Below are positions 21,796-34,665 of a stretch of 64,000 bases of DNA, in pieces. Location of the stretch: contig CM068742.1 in assembly GCA_035084275.1 (NCBI GenBank), forward strand, positions 154,194,001 through 154,258,000. The letters are read 5' to 3'. The translations under genes were made by a program, and so were the position numbers. The notes beneath the pieces were generated by a model. That model was not told the DNA's origin and did not search any database. It saw only the letters and a list, made by a program, of their open reading frames with translations. The stretch comes from Hydrolagus colliei. Its lineage: Eukaryota. The first letter of the stretch is position 1. Each line of letters starts with the position of its first letter.

Positions 21796-22580
21796 ACTCT
21801 GGGACTCTATTCTCTACAATATAGAAGAATTAGAGATGATCTTATCAAACCTATCAGATTATTAAAGGCCATGACAGAGTAGACATTGGGAGACTGTTTC
21901 TCCTGGCTGAAGAAACTATAACTAGGGGTCATAGTCCTAAGATTAAGTGTCAGCCTTTTCACACAGAGTTGAGGAAACACTTCTTCACTCAGAGATTAGT
22001 GAAGTGGTTCTCTACCCCAAAGGCTGTCGATGCTCAGCCGTTGAACGTATTCAAGACTAAGATTGATAGATTTCTTAGGATCGTATTGAATGGTGGGTCA
22101 GGCTTGAGGGGCTGATAGGCCTACTCCTGCTCCTTATTCTCATGTTCTTATCAAAAGGCTCTCTATCAAACACAGCATTGTTATCATCAGCCTGGCTGAG
22201 TTGGTTGCACTTTAGTCTCTAAACCAATAATAAATTGGTAATTTCAACCCACGACTGTTTGTGGGGACGCTGCTGTGCGCAATTGGCTGCCGCGCTTCAC
22301 CCACAAATAGACAGTCACTTCACTTTACACTAAATTCTGTGAAGAGCTTTGAGACACAGTCTGGAAGGTGTGAAAAGCTCAACATCAAATGCAAGGATTA
22401 TTATTAGTATTATTATTATGTCAGCAGCACAAGCAACAAACTGGTTGATGAGCAACTGTATTGGTACCAAACAATGGCAACATTACCTGGCAAGTTAGCA
22501 ACCAGGTTGATTACCAAATAAGGCCATAATCCTGCCCCCATCTCCCCACCAACAGTAACCGTGACTAGGTTACGTCCTTA

Positions 22581-23022
22581 TGATCGAGTTTAAGATCCTC
22601 GTCCTCACCTACAAGGCCTTACATGGCCTTGCCCCACCCTACTTAACCGATCTACTCTCCCCCTACACGCCCACCCGGACCCTCCATTCAACAGGACTTG
22701 GCCTGCTCCAAGCCCCCCGCCCAAACCGCCCCACCATCGGAGGCCGGGCCTTCAGTTTCTCCGCTCCCACCCTATGGAATGCCATCCCTCAATCCCTCCG
22801 TTTCGTCTCTTCCCTTTCCTCTTTCAAGGCCGGTTTCAAGACTTTCGTCTTCGATCGTGCCTTTTGTTCCACCCCGAACTCTTTTACCTCCCCTTCGTGT
22901 TTCACCCCTTCCCAAACACTCCCCTCCCAGCTCGGGTCACACGCATCCTGTTCAGCGCCTTGGGACGTCCTCCCGACGTGAAAGGCGCTCTATTAATGTA
23001 AATTGTTGTTGTTGTTGTTGTG
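22581..23022 (+). mobile_element. Young L2 3' fragment inserted into hairpin copy 3
   Basis: IEFKILVLTYKALHGLAPPYL...; (ttg)n tail; splits gtcctt|atttgg. Confidence 0.9.
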
Positions 23023-24539
23023 ATTTGGTTACCCATCTGTTGGCTAACTTGCTAGGTAATGTTCCCATTGTTTGGTAACCAGTATAAATTGCTCCAATCC
23101 AATTGAGAAGCTGTGATGGGCTGACGAACGTTGGGGGTAGGTTGGAAATCAAATGGGCTTTCCTCCTGAATCTCTCCTGTAATGTCTTGTGTGGTAACTG
23201 TGCCTTTTCCTCTTTCAGGCTGTGCAGACAATGATTGCTACACCACCCAGGGAGGGGATGTGTTAATAGACGTGGTCAACCACCCAGGTAGCAAACCCAT
23301 GTGGGGCCCAAATTGGCATCAACCCAATTTGTCCCACATGAGGCTCATATGGGTTTGCTACCTGGGCAGACAAAGGATTTGGACAAGACGTGGAACGCCT
23401 TAACTCTGGTGGGTAAGGGACAGATTCAGCCTCAGAGACAGAGAGACACCAACATCTTAGTCATCATGAGAGACAGACTCCAGCAGCCGTTTAACCTGGT
23501 AACAGATTTTCTGTGTGAGTATGTCTTTGTGTGTCTATGTATCTATATATCTCTGTCTCTCACTCTTTCCCACCCACTGTCTCTCCCTCTGTGTCTCTGT
23601 CTCGCTCTGTATCTCTCAATCTCTCTCTCTATGTGTCTGTCACTCTCTATCTTTCTATATTTCACTCTCAGGCTCTCTCTCTCTTCTACTCTCCATCTCT
23701 CTCTCTGTCTCGCAGTATCTGTCTCTCTCTCTCTCTTTCTCTCTATGTCGCACTCTCTGTGTCTCTGCCTTAGAGTTCTGATGAAACGTTGACTCACGTT
23801 TTTCTCTCCATAGATGCTGCCTGACCTGCTGACGTTTCCCAGTGAATTCTGTTTTTGTTTGTAGGAGGGGACAAGGTTTGCAGGGAGTGAGTTCCAGAGT
23901 TTGGGGGCGTAATGGCTGAATGTGCGGCCACTGATGGTGAAGTGGGGGTCACGAGGATTCCGCCCTCACTGTCTCTCTCTCTCTCAAATATTCTCTCTCT
24001 CTCGCGCTCTTTCTTTCTTTCTCTCACGCACTCTCTCCCTCCCTCTTCCCCTCCCTCATTCTCCCCCTCCCTCCCTCTCTCTCTCTCCCACTATCTGTAC
24101 CCAGCATTCTGGGATGGGCTTGAATTGACCAAAGAGAAACGGCCAATACTCATGGACTTCAGGAAAGTTGAACTTTATTTATATATCACTCTCCGTATCT
24201 CTGTCTCTATCTCTCTGTCTCTGTCTGTCTCTCACTCTCTGTCTCTCTCACTCTCTATCTCTCTCTGTCTCTCACACTCTGTCTTGATCTCTCTCTCACT
24301 CTCTGTCTCGATCTCTCTCTCACTCTCTGTCTCTTTCTAGATTCAGACCCACAGACTATTGGAGTTTCCAGAAGAAGAGAGAAGTGACCAGCTCCCCCAC
24401 GAGAGAGATAATACAATCAACCCGTCATCCTTAGGATTTCTTTTTGTATCATTTGCATCAATAAATATCACTAGATGAAATATTTTGTATTGTCCGTGTA
24501 ATCACTGAGCTGTCAGTCCTCTAGAAATGGGAGATCCAG

Positions 24540-25900
24540 CAATGAGCGGTACTGTAGCAATGAGCAATGGGAGATCTTCAAAGATATGATAGCTCAAGGT
24601 CTAAATAGATATATTCCCACAAAAGGGAAATGTGTGACAACCAAGCCAGGCTGGATGACCAGGGATATTCTGTCTAGGATGAAAAAGAAGAAGACGGCAT
24701 ACGACAATTGGAAGACGCAAGATACCGAGGATCGCAAAGCGCATTATAGAGAATGCAGGAGTGATCTTAAAGGAGTGATAAGACAGGCTAAAAGATCGCA
24801 TGAGAAGAGGTTAGCGGATAACATCAAGGGGAATCCTAAAATATTTTATAAACACACAAAAGGAACAAAAGGTTTGTTAAAGGTAGGGTGGGGCCAATGA
24901 AAGACAATGATGGCAATCTTGTTGTGGAGGCAGAGGGCATGGCTGATGTACTGAACGAGTACTTTGCATCTGTCTTCACAACGGAAATGGATGCCCCAAA
25001 TGCCGCAGTATTGGATGAGAGGGTAGAGGAAATAGATCAGATTACTATAGACAAATGAGAGGAAGTTCTGAAAAGATTGACTGGGCTCAAAATTGATAAG
25101 TCACCAGGTTTGTGGTTTCACCCAAGGTTGCTGTGGGAGATACGGGTTCAAATAGCAGAGGCTCTGGCCATTATATGTCAATCTTCATTGGACACAGGAG
25201 TGGTGCCAAGAGACTGGAGAGTGGCTAATGTTACCCCCCTCTACAAAAAGGGGCAGAAAGACAAACCCGGAAATTACAGGCTAGTCAGCCTTACTTTGGT
25301 AACAGGAAAACTACTGGAGACCATAATCCGGGACAGAATAAATCTCTACTTAGAGGAACATGAGGTAATTAGAGACAGCCAACATGGATTTGTTAAAGGC
25401 AAATCTTGCCTAACAAATCTAATAGAATTTTTTGAGGAGGCGACTGCGAGGGTTGCTGAGGGAAATGCGCTGGACGTTATTTACATGGATTTCAAAAAGG
25501 CTTTTGACACAGGACCGCAGAAGAGATTAATAAACAAATGAGAGGCCCACGGTATTAAGGGGACAGTGGCAGTTTGGATTAAGAATTGGATTTTAATGTG
25601 GATAAGTGTGAGGTGATACACTTAGGTAGGAAAAATGATAGGAGGCAATATAGACTTGGTAGCTCAATCTTAAGGGGGGTGAATGTACAGAGAGATCTGG
25701 GTGTTCAAGTAAGCGAATCATTAAAGGTAGCAGGGCAGGTAGATAAGGCAGTAAACAAGGCATTTGGTGTACTGAACTTTATTAGTAGGGGCATAGAGTA
25801 TAAGAGTAGGGAGGTTATGGTTAATCTATACAAAACACTGGTTAGGCCTCAGCTGGAGTACTGCGTCCAGTTCTGGGCACCTTATTTCAGGAAGGACATT
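24540..25900 (+). mobile_element. Degraded CR1 LINE ORF2 with an internal deletion
   Basis: [47 protein letters not shown]. Confidence 0.92.
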
Positions 25901-25903
25901 AAC

Positions 25904-27160
25904 AGGGCTGTAGTCGAGTCCTCCTCATCCAAGTCCGAGTCCCTGGTGTCCGAGTCGGATTCCCTGCCACTTTTTAATGTCCGAGTCCTAGTCCTCAATG
26001 TCCGAGTCCGAGTCCTCAATGTCCGAGTCCGAGTCCTCCATGTAAACATTCACGCCCATCACCAACTTATACATACTAGAATTCCAGTCTTAAATGTTTT
26101 TTTGATGTATATTGCTTGCTACACTTTGTTTACAAGGGTTGGGTTCTTACTTCATGGCTTTATGCAATAAATTGACTAATTATCCCGAAGTTCAAGTGCT
26201 TAATGTTTTAGTTCAAGAACAAATTAAAATTCTATTTTTAGTCCCTGAAGTACATGGAATATTGACTTCTCAAGTGGTCAGTCACTTGTCTGATAAAGCC
26301 ATTGCACTGATATTCACTGAAATGAAGATTCACAAAATGCTAAGACAGTGAAATGCGTTCATTAATTTGAGGAAGGTAACGAGGTCGGGCATGAAAAACA
26401 AGTGTCTAGAAAGTTGATGTTAATCCTCTCCAAACAAGCAGTTAAGCAGTAGTTCCGCAGTAACCGTTGCCTTATTAAATTTGTCTTTTGGAATGCTTCA
26501 AATTGATAAGTTTGCCTAACTAAACAATTCTAGCTCAAACGTCTGACTGCAATTCAGAGACTTTGCAGTTTAAACTGACTTGGAACTAGTAACTTGGCTG
26601 GCTTGTGGTATACGCTTTTATTCAAAATGGTGGATGAGAATTCAGTGAATTCCTCTTACGAGTCCCCTACATTTGTGTGTTTTCTAATTCCGTTCTCCTT
26701 TCCTTTCGCTTCACAGCGCTCGTGCTCTACTTTTTATGCGTATCTCTATGAGGCTAGATTTTTGTCCCCGTATATATTTCTACTACATAGACTTAAGATC
26801 CACCCCTAGTAAGGCCAATTTCAGCACGTAGCGGTATTTTATATGTGAGACTTCCACCTGTGTTGGAGGAGAGCGACAACAAATCCAAGCAGATGGATTT
26901 TCCTGTAGACTGAGGCCTACCCAACATAGTTCAGAAAATAGTCTTTATTAGATTAAATCTTCAAGACTATTAACATGATAACATTTATCATGATTTATGA
27001 GTAACGTGTTCCGACAAAAGTCCACACTCACACTTCATTTATTGTCTAGTCTAATGGTAAATGAGTACGAAACTTACTTTCCTTTATGACGTCGCTGTAG
27101 ATGGCGTGTGAAATTCGATGTGGTGCCACACGTTTCAGTTACAACACATTTGCAAAACTT
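25904..27160. mobile_element. Probable hAT-type DNA transposon remnant with (gagtcc)n subterminal repeats
   Basis: Starts cagggctgtagtcgagtcc with repeated gtccgagtcc. The minus strand near 26260-26360 gives a decayed ER.F..L...AMALSDK*LTT* resembling the hAT dimerisation motif. No second TIR found. Confidence 0.4.
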
Positions 27161-27840
27161 CAAGACACATTCAAGACTGAGATTGATAGATTTCTTATGG
27201 ATAAAGGGATTAAGGGATATGGGTATAAGGCGGGAAGGTGGAGTTAGATTAGAAGATCAGCCATGATTTTAATGAATAGCGGGGCAGGCTTGAGGGGCTG
27301 AAAGGCCTACTGCTGCTCCTTATTCTCATTTTCTTATCATAAGACTCTATCAAACACAGCATTGTTATCATCAGCCTGGCTGAGTTGGTTGCACTTTAGT
27401 CTCTAAACCAATAATAAATTGGTCATTTCAACCCACGGCTGTTTGTGGGGACACTGCTGTGCGCAATTGGCTGCCGCGCTTCACCCACAAATATACAGTC
27501 ACTTCACTTCACAGTATATTCTGTGAAGAGCTTTGAGACACAGTCTAGAAGGCGTGAAAAGCGCCATATCAAATGCAAGGATTAGTATTATTATTATTAT
27601 TATTATTATTATGTCAGCAGCACAAGCAACAAACTGGTTGACGAGCAACTGTATTGGTTACCAAACAATGGCAACATTACCTGGCAAGTTAGCAACCAGG
27701 TTGATTACCAAATAAGGCCATAATCCTGCCCCCATCTCCCCACCAGCAGTCACCGTGACTTGGTTATGTCCTTATTTGGTAACCCACCTGTTGGCTAACT
27801 TGCCAGGTAATGTTCCCATTGTTTGGTAACCAGTATAAAT

Positions 27841-29465
27841 TCATAGAATCACAGAATTATACGACACAAAAGGAGGCCATTCAGCCCATCTAGTCTGTGC
27901 CGGCTCTTTAAACAGAGCAACTCAATCCCACTGCCCAGCTCTCTTCCCATAACCTAACAGACCTGCTCTTCCTAAATAAAGATCTAGTTCGCTTTTAAAA
28001 GCTGTTATGGAATCAGCTTCCACCAAATTTTCAGGCAATGCATTCCAGGTTCGAACCGCCCACTGAGTGAAAACATTTCTCCTAAGCTTCCCTCGTTTTG
28101 AAATTTATTTTAAATCTGTGAGCACGAGTCAATCATTCATCTACCAGTGGAAACAGTCTCACCCTGTCGAAACCTCTCATAATCTTATCAACCTCTATCA
28201 GGTCTCCTCTCAATCTTCTTTGTTCCAGAGGGAATTAGCCTAGCCTATCTAACCTTTCCTCGTAGCTGAAGTCCCTCATTCCTGGTACTATCCTAGTAAA
28301 TCTCCTCTGCACCCTTTCCAATGCCTTAATCTACTTCCTAAAGTGTGGTGACCAGAATTGTACACAGTACTCCAGCTGAGGCCTAACCAAAGTCTTATAG
28401 AGGTTAATCAGCACTTCCTGACTTTTTTATTCTATACCCCTATTTATAAAGTCCAGTATCCCATATGCCTTGTTAATGGCATGGTCTACCTGTCCTGCCG
28501 CTTGCAAAGAGTCACTATCACAAATCCCCAGGACTCTCTGTTCCTTCACACCCTTTAAAATTGTACTCTCTAGCCTATATTGCCTCCCCTCATTTCTTCT
28601 CCCAAAGTGTATCACCTCACACTTCTCTGTATTAAACTTCATCTGCCATGTGTCTGCCCGCTTTACCATTTCATTTATATCCTCTTGCAGATGGCTACTA
28701 TCCTCCTCACTATTTACTATTCTCCCTAACTTAGTATCATCTGCAAATTTGGAAACCGTACTCCTTAAATCCAAATCATTAATGTATATTAAAAAGAGCA
28801 GTGGTCCCAAAACGGATCCCTGGGGGGCACCACTGCACACTTCCCTCCAGTCTAAAAAGCAGCCACTCACCACAACTCTCTGCTTTCTGTCTCGTAGCCT
28901 GTTGTGGATCCACACTACCACTGTCCCTTTAAAGCCGTGGGCCTCTATTTTCCTAATAAGCCTCTCATGCGGCACTTTGTCAAATGCCTTTTGAAAGTCC
29001 ATGTAAACTACATCAACTGCGCTACCCTCGTCCACCCATTCCGTTACATCTTTGAAAAATTCTAACAGATTTGTAAAGCAAGATTTGCCTTTGACAAATC
29101 CATGCTGGCTGTCCTTTATCAGCCTGTACCTTTCTAAATGAAGATCTATCTTGTCCCTGATTATAGACTCCAGAAGTTTGCCCACTACCGACGTTAGACT
29201 GACTGGCCTGTAGTTCCCAGGTTTGTCCTTCTGCCCCTTTTTATACACGGGAGTAACATTAGCAACCCTCCAGTCCTCTGGCACCAACCCTGTGTCCAAG
29301 GAAGATTGAAAGATTATGGCCAGAGTCTCTGCTATTTGCTCCCGTACTTCCCTTAGTAACCCAGGATATATCCCATCCAGACCGGGTGACTTATCTACCT
29401 TGAGCACCGTCAACCTTTTTAGTACTTCCTCTCTGGTTATGCTTATCTTATCCATTTCTACTCCA
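27841..29465 (-). mobile_element. CR1 LINE inserted after hairpin copy 4 (same junction as 20567)
   Basis: 342-aa ORF 28427-29455 with the RT motifs DFQKAFDKVPH and FADD. Confidence 0.95.
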
Positions 29466-29640
29466 CTCTCCAGAGTGTCTCTGGTTAACCTGCAGAGTAT
29501 GCTCAGACACTGCTTGTTTACATTGATGTAACGGATGTGAAATCTGTTGGGAAAATGATTCTCATGAAATCCAGGAGAAATAATCTGGTAACTTCACCAG
29601 GAGCTTGAGGTTGAGTAATCTAGGCCGACATTCTCCAGAA

Positions 29641-29964
29641 CAGTGGTTCCCAACCTTTCTTTGCCGCGACCCAAATTAGCCTCCAACCAAGCCTCCCACC
29701 ACTAGGGGGAGATATCACGACTGAAGCTCAGCTCAGCCAAAACATTATCTCCATCTGTTTTCAGCGTAACTCCAAAGTATGCTCTTTATACAAATTGATG
29801 GTGGTGTCCCTTTTTTTTAGCGCTAAAAGCATTTTTCAGGGTTAAAAAGCATTTTCAACAGTAAGAAAAGGAAGAAAAAATATAATTCTGATGACCCTTC
29901 GCAACCCTACTGAGGACCCCCCGCCACGCTGATTAGGGTCGGGACCTGAGGTTGGGAACCACTG
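29641..29964. mobile_element. 324-bp hAT/Charlie-type MITE nested in a CR1
   Basis: Perfect 16-bp TIR cagtggttcccaacct / aggttgggaaccactg; 8-bp flanks ctccagaa / ctccaggg. Confidence 0.88.
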
Positions 29965-31100
29965 CTCCAGGGTAGAGAAGAATTAGAGGGGATCTTATAG
30001 AAACCTGTAAGATTATTAAGGGCCGTGACAGAGTACATAGTGAGAGACTCTTTCCCCTGGTTGGAGACAATATAAATAGGGGGTCACAGTTTTAAGATTA
30101 AAGGTCAGCCTTTTCGCACTGAGGTTTCTTGAGGATGGGGGTGAAAGTGGCTGTTTTGAGAGGGGTGGAAACCATGCCAGATGCCGGATTAAGAGTAATA
30201 TATCAGCAAGGATTGGAGAGTGGCTGATGGGACAGACAGTAGAGATAAACGGGTCCTTCTCAGATTGGCAGGATGTGACCAGTGGAGTGCTACAGGGATC
30301 AGTGCTTTGGCCTCAACTGTTTACTGTCTATATCAATGCTTTAGATGAGGAAATACAGCTTAACATATCTAAATTTGTGTATGATATGAGGCTGGATGGG
30401 AGAGTAAACTGGGAGGATGACACACAAAGAATTCAAAGGGATATGATGAGTAGGCAAGAAGGTGGCAGATGGAGTATAATGTGGGGAAGTGTGAAGTTAT
30501 TTACCTATGTAGTAAAAGCAGAAAAGCTGATTATTTTCCAGAAGGGGAGAGACGAGATAGTGTTGGCGTTCAGAGGGATTTAGGTTTCCTTGTACACGAG
30601 TCACAAATGTTTGTACAGGAAGCAACTAGGAAGGCCAATGTTATGTTGGTGTTCATTACAAAACTGTTAGAATATAAGAGTAGGGAAGTAATGCTGCAAC
30701 TGTACAGGGCCCTGGTGAGACCACACCTAGAGTATTGTGTGCAGTTCTGGTCGCCTTATTTAAGAAAGGACGTACTCGCCTTAGAGGGGATGCAGTGCAG
30801 ATTCACTAAATTGGTTCCTGGGTTGAGCTATGAGGATAGGTTATGTAATCTAGGCCTATATTTTCTAGAATATAGAAGAATTAGAGTTAATCTGATAGAA
30901 ACCATTAAGATTATTAAGGGGCATGACGGAGCAGACAGTGGGAGTCTGTCCACTGTCTGATTGAAGAAACTATAACTAGGGGTCATAGTTTTAAGATTAA
31001 GTGTCAGCCTTTTCGCACTGAGTTGAGGAAACATTTCTTCACTCAGAGGTTAGTGAATTGATGGGCTGAAATGCCTACTCCTGCTCCTTATTCTCATGTT
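29965..31100 (+). mobile_element. Older CR1 LINE fragments
   Basis: [32 protein letters not shown]. Confidence 0.85.
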
Positions 31101-32684
31101 CTTATCATAAGGCTCTCTATCAAACACAGCATTGTTATCATCAGCCTGGCTGAGTTGGCTGCACTTTCGTCTCTAAACCAATAATAAATTGGTCATTTCA
31201 ACCCACGGCTGTTTGTGGGGACGCTGCTGTGCGCAATTGGCTGCCGCGTTTCACACACTAACATAAAGTCACATCACTTTACAGTATATTGTGTGAAGCG
31301 CTTTGAGACACAGTCTAGAAGGCGTGAAAAGTGCTATATCAAATGCAATTATTATTATTATTATGTCAGCAGCACAAGCAACAAACTGGTTGACGAGCAA
31401 CTGTATTGGTTACCAAACAATGGCAACATTACCTGGCAAGTTAGCAACCAGGTTGATTACCAAATAAGGCCATAATCCTGCCCCCATCTCCCCACCAGCA
31501 GTCACCGTGACTAGGTTATGTCCTTATTTGGTAACCCACCTGTTGGCTAACTTGCCAGGTAATGTTCCCATTGTTTGGTAACCAGTATAAATTGCTCCAA
31601 ACCAATTGAGAAGCTGTGATGGGCTAATTGATGGACGTTGGAAATCAACTGGGCTTTCCTCCCAAATCTCTCCTGTGATGTCTTGTGTGGTAACTATGCC
31701 TTTTCCTCTTTCAGGCTGTGCAGACAATGATTGCTACACCACCCAGGGAGGGGATGTGTTAATAGACGTGGTCAACTACCCAGGTAGCAAACCCATGTGG
31801 GGCCCATATGGACATGGATCAACCCAATTTGTCCCACATGAGGCTCATATGGGTTTGCTACCTGGGCAGGCCAAGGATTTGGACAAGACGTGGAATGCCT
31901 TAACTCTGGTGGGTAAGGGACAGATTCAGCCTCAGAGACAGAGAGACACCAACATCTTAGTCATCATGAGAGACAGACTCCAGCAGCTGTTTAACCTGGT
32001 AACAGACTGTGTCTAAGTGAGTATGTCTGTGTCTGTTTCTGTGAGTCTCTCTGTGTGTGTATATCCATATATCTATGTATGCATATACACCCTGTGTCTC
32101 TGTCTATCTCCCTCTGTATCTCTCAATCTCTGTCTCTCTTTATGTCTCTCACTCTCTGACTCTAGGTATCTCTCATTTTCTTTCTCTCAACAACTCAGCC
32201 TCTCTCTGTCTCTCTATCTCTGATTCTCTGTCTCTCCCTCTGTAACACTCACTCTCTGTCTCTCTGAATCTTTGTCTCTCTTCCTGTCTCTCTGTCTCTC
32301 ACTCTCTGTCTCTCAGTGTCTCTCGCTGCCATCAGAGTTCTGATGAAACATTGACTCACTTTCCTTTCTCCATAGATGCTGCCATAGATTGCAATCACTC
32401 TCTGTATCTCCTTTCCTCTCTCGGTATGTGTCACTCTGTTTCTGACACTCTTACATTCTGAATCTCTCTCTATCTCTAGCTCTCTGTCTCTTTCTCTGTC
32501 AATCTCACTCTCTAGTCTACCTCTATCTCTCACTCTCTCTCTGTTTCTCTATCTCTCTCTATGTGTCTCTATCTCTCACTCTCAATGGTGGTGGAGGGGA
32601 GACCAGCGAGGAGGGCATTGGGCTGATTGGATTAAGACACCGACATCTTAGAGATCGTGAGAGACAGATTCCAGTAGCTGTTTA

Positions 32685-33025
32685 CCCTCCGTTCAACAGG
32701 ACTTGGCCTGCTCCAAGCCCCCGCCCGAACCGCCCCACCATCGGAGGCCGGGCCTTCAGTTTCTCCGCTCCCACCCTATGGAATGCCATCCCCCAATCCC
32801 TCCGTTTCGTCTCTTCCCTTTCCTCTTTCAAGGCCGATTTGAAGACTTTCCTCTTCGATCGTGCCTTTTGTTCCACCCCAAACTCTTTTACCTCCCCTTC
32901 GTGTTTCACCCCTTCCCAAACACTCCCCTCCCAGCTCGGGTCACACGCCTCCTGTGCAGCGCCTTGGGACGTCCTCCCGACGTGAAAGGCGCTCTATAAA
33001 TGTAATTTGTTGTTGTTGTTGTTGT
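32685..33025 (+). mobile_element. Young L2 3' fragment
   Basis: PNRPTIGGRAFSFSAPTLWNAIP; (ttg)n tail; near-identical to the 22581, 39151, 41085 and 53295 copies. Confidence 0.9.
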
Positions 33026-34665
33026 AACAGATGTGTCTGTGTGAGTATGTCTTTGTGTGTGTGTGTATCTATATATCTCTGTCTCTCTCCCTCTGTATCG
33101 CACTCTCTGTCTCTCTCGGTCTCTCTCTCTGTATCTCTCAGTCTCTGTCTCTTTATACGTCTCTAAGTACCTCTCATGTTCTTTCTCTACATCTCATACT
33201 CTGTCTCTCTCTCTCTCTCTTTCTACCTCTCATTCTCTATCTCTTCCTCTGTAACCCTCACTCTCTGTCTCTCTACATCATTCTGTCTCTCTCCCTGTCT
33301 CTCAGTGTCTCTCTCTCTCTCTCTCCCCCTCTCTGTCCCTCTCCCAGTGTCTCTCACTGCCGTCAGAGTTCTGATGAAACATTGATTCAATTTCCTCTCT
33401 CCATAGATGCTGCCTGACCTGCTGAGGGTTTCAATCACTCTCTGTATCTCTATATCTCTCTATGTGTCACTCTCTGTCTCTGTCACTCTTACATTCTGAA
33501 TCTCTCTCTCTCTCTAGCTCTCTGTCTCTTTCTCTTGGGTATCTCACTCTCTGTCTCTCTCTCTCTCTTTCTCTTGGGTATCTCACTCTCTGTCTCTCTC
33601 TGTATCTCACTCTGTCTATCTGTCTCTCTCTCTCTGTCTCTCTCTATCTCTCACTCTGTCTCTTATATGTCACTATCTCTCACTCTCAATGGTGGTGGAG
33701 GGGAGAGCAGCGAGGAGGGCATTGACCAACATCTTAGAGATCGTGAGAGTCAGATTCCAGTAGCTGTTTAACCTGGTAACAGATTGTCTGTGTGAGTATG
33801 TCTTTGTGTGTGTGTGAATCTATATATCTCAGTCTCTGTCTCTCTCTGTATCTCACAGTCTCTGTTTCTTTATATGTCTCTCTATGTGTCTCTCACTTTC
33901 TTTCTCTCTCACTCTCTGTCCCTCTTTTCTGTCTCTCACCCTCTGTATCTGTGACTCTCACTCTCTCTCTATCTCTCACGCTCTCCCTCTCCCTCTGTAT
34001 CTCACTCTCTGTCTTTATATCTCGTATATCTCACTCCGTCTCTCTTTGTATCTCTCAGTTTCTGTCTCTCTATATGTCTTTCAGTATCTCTCTCTTATTC
34101 TCTCTGTCACACTCTCAGTCTCTGTCTCTCTCACTCTTCCTGTCTGACTCTGTGTCCTTCACTGAAATCGGAGTTTTGATGAAACGTTGACTCATGTTTC
34201 TCTCTCCATAGATGCTGCCTGACCTGCTGACGTTTCCCAGTGAATTCTGGTTTTGTTTGTAGGAGGGGACAAGGTTTGGTGGGAGAGAGTTCCAGAGTTT
34301 GGGGGCGTAATGGCTGAATTGGCGGCCACTGATAGTAGAGTGGGGGACTGAAGGATTCCCCCCTCACTGTCTCTTGCTCACTCTCTCTCCCAAGACTCAT
34401 GGACTTCAGGAAAGTTGAACTTTATTTATATATCACTCTCTGTATCTCTATATCTCTCTCACTGTCTGTCTCTGTATGTGTCACTCTGTCTCTATCTCTC
34501 ACTCTCTGTCTCTCTCTGTTTCTCAATATCTCACTGTCTGTGTCTCTCAAAATATCTCTCACTTTTTCTGTCTCGCCATATGTCTCACTCTCTCTCCCTG
34601 TCTTTCATTCTCTGTTCTCTCTATGTCTCTCTTACTCTCTCTATCTCTAACTTTCTTTCCCTCTA

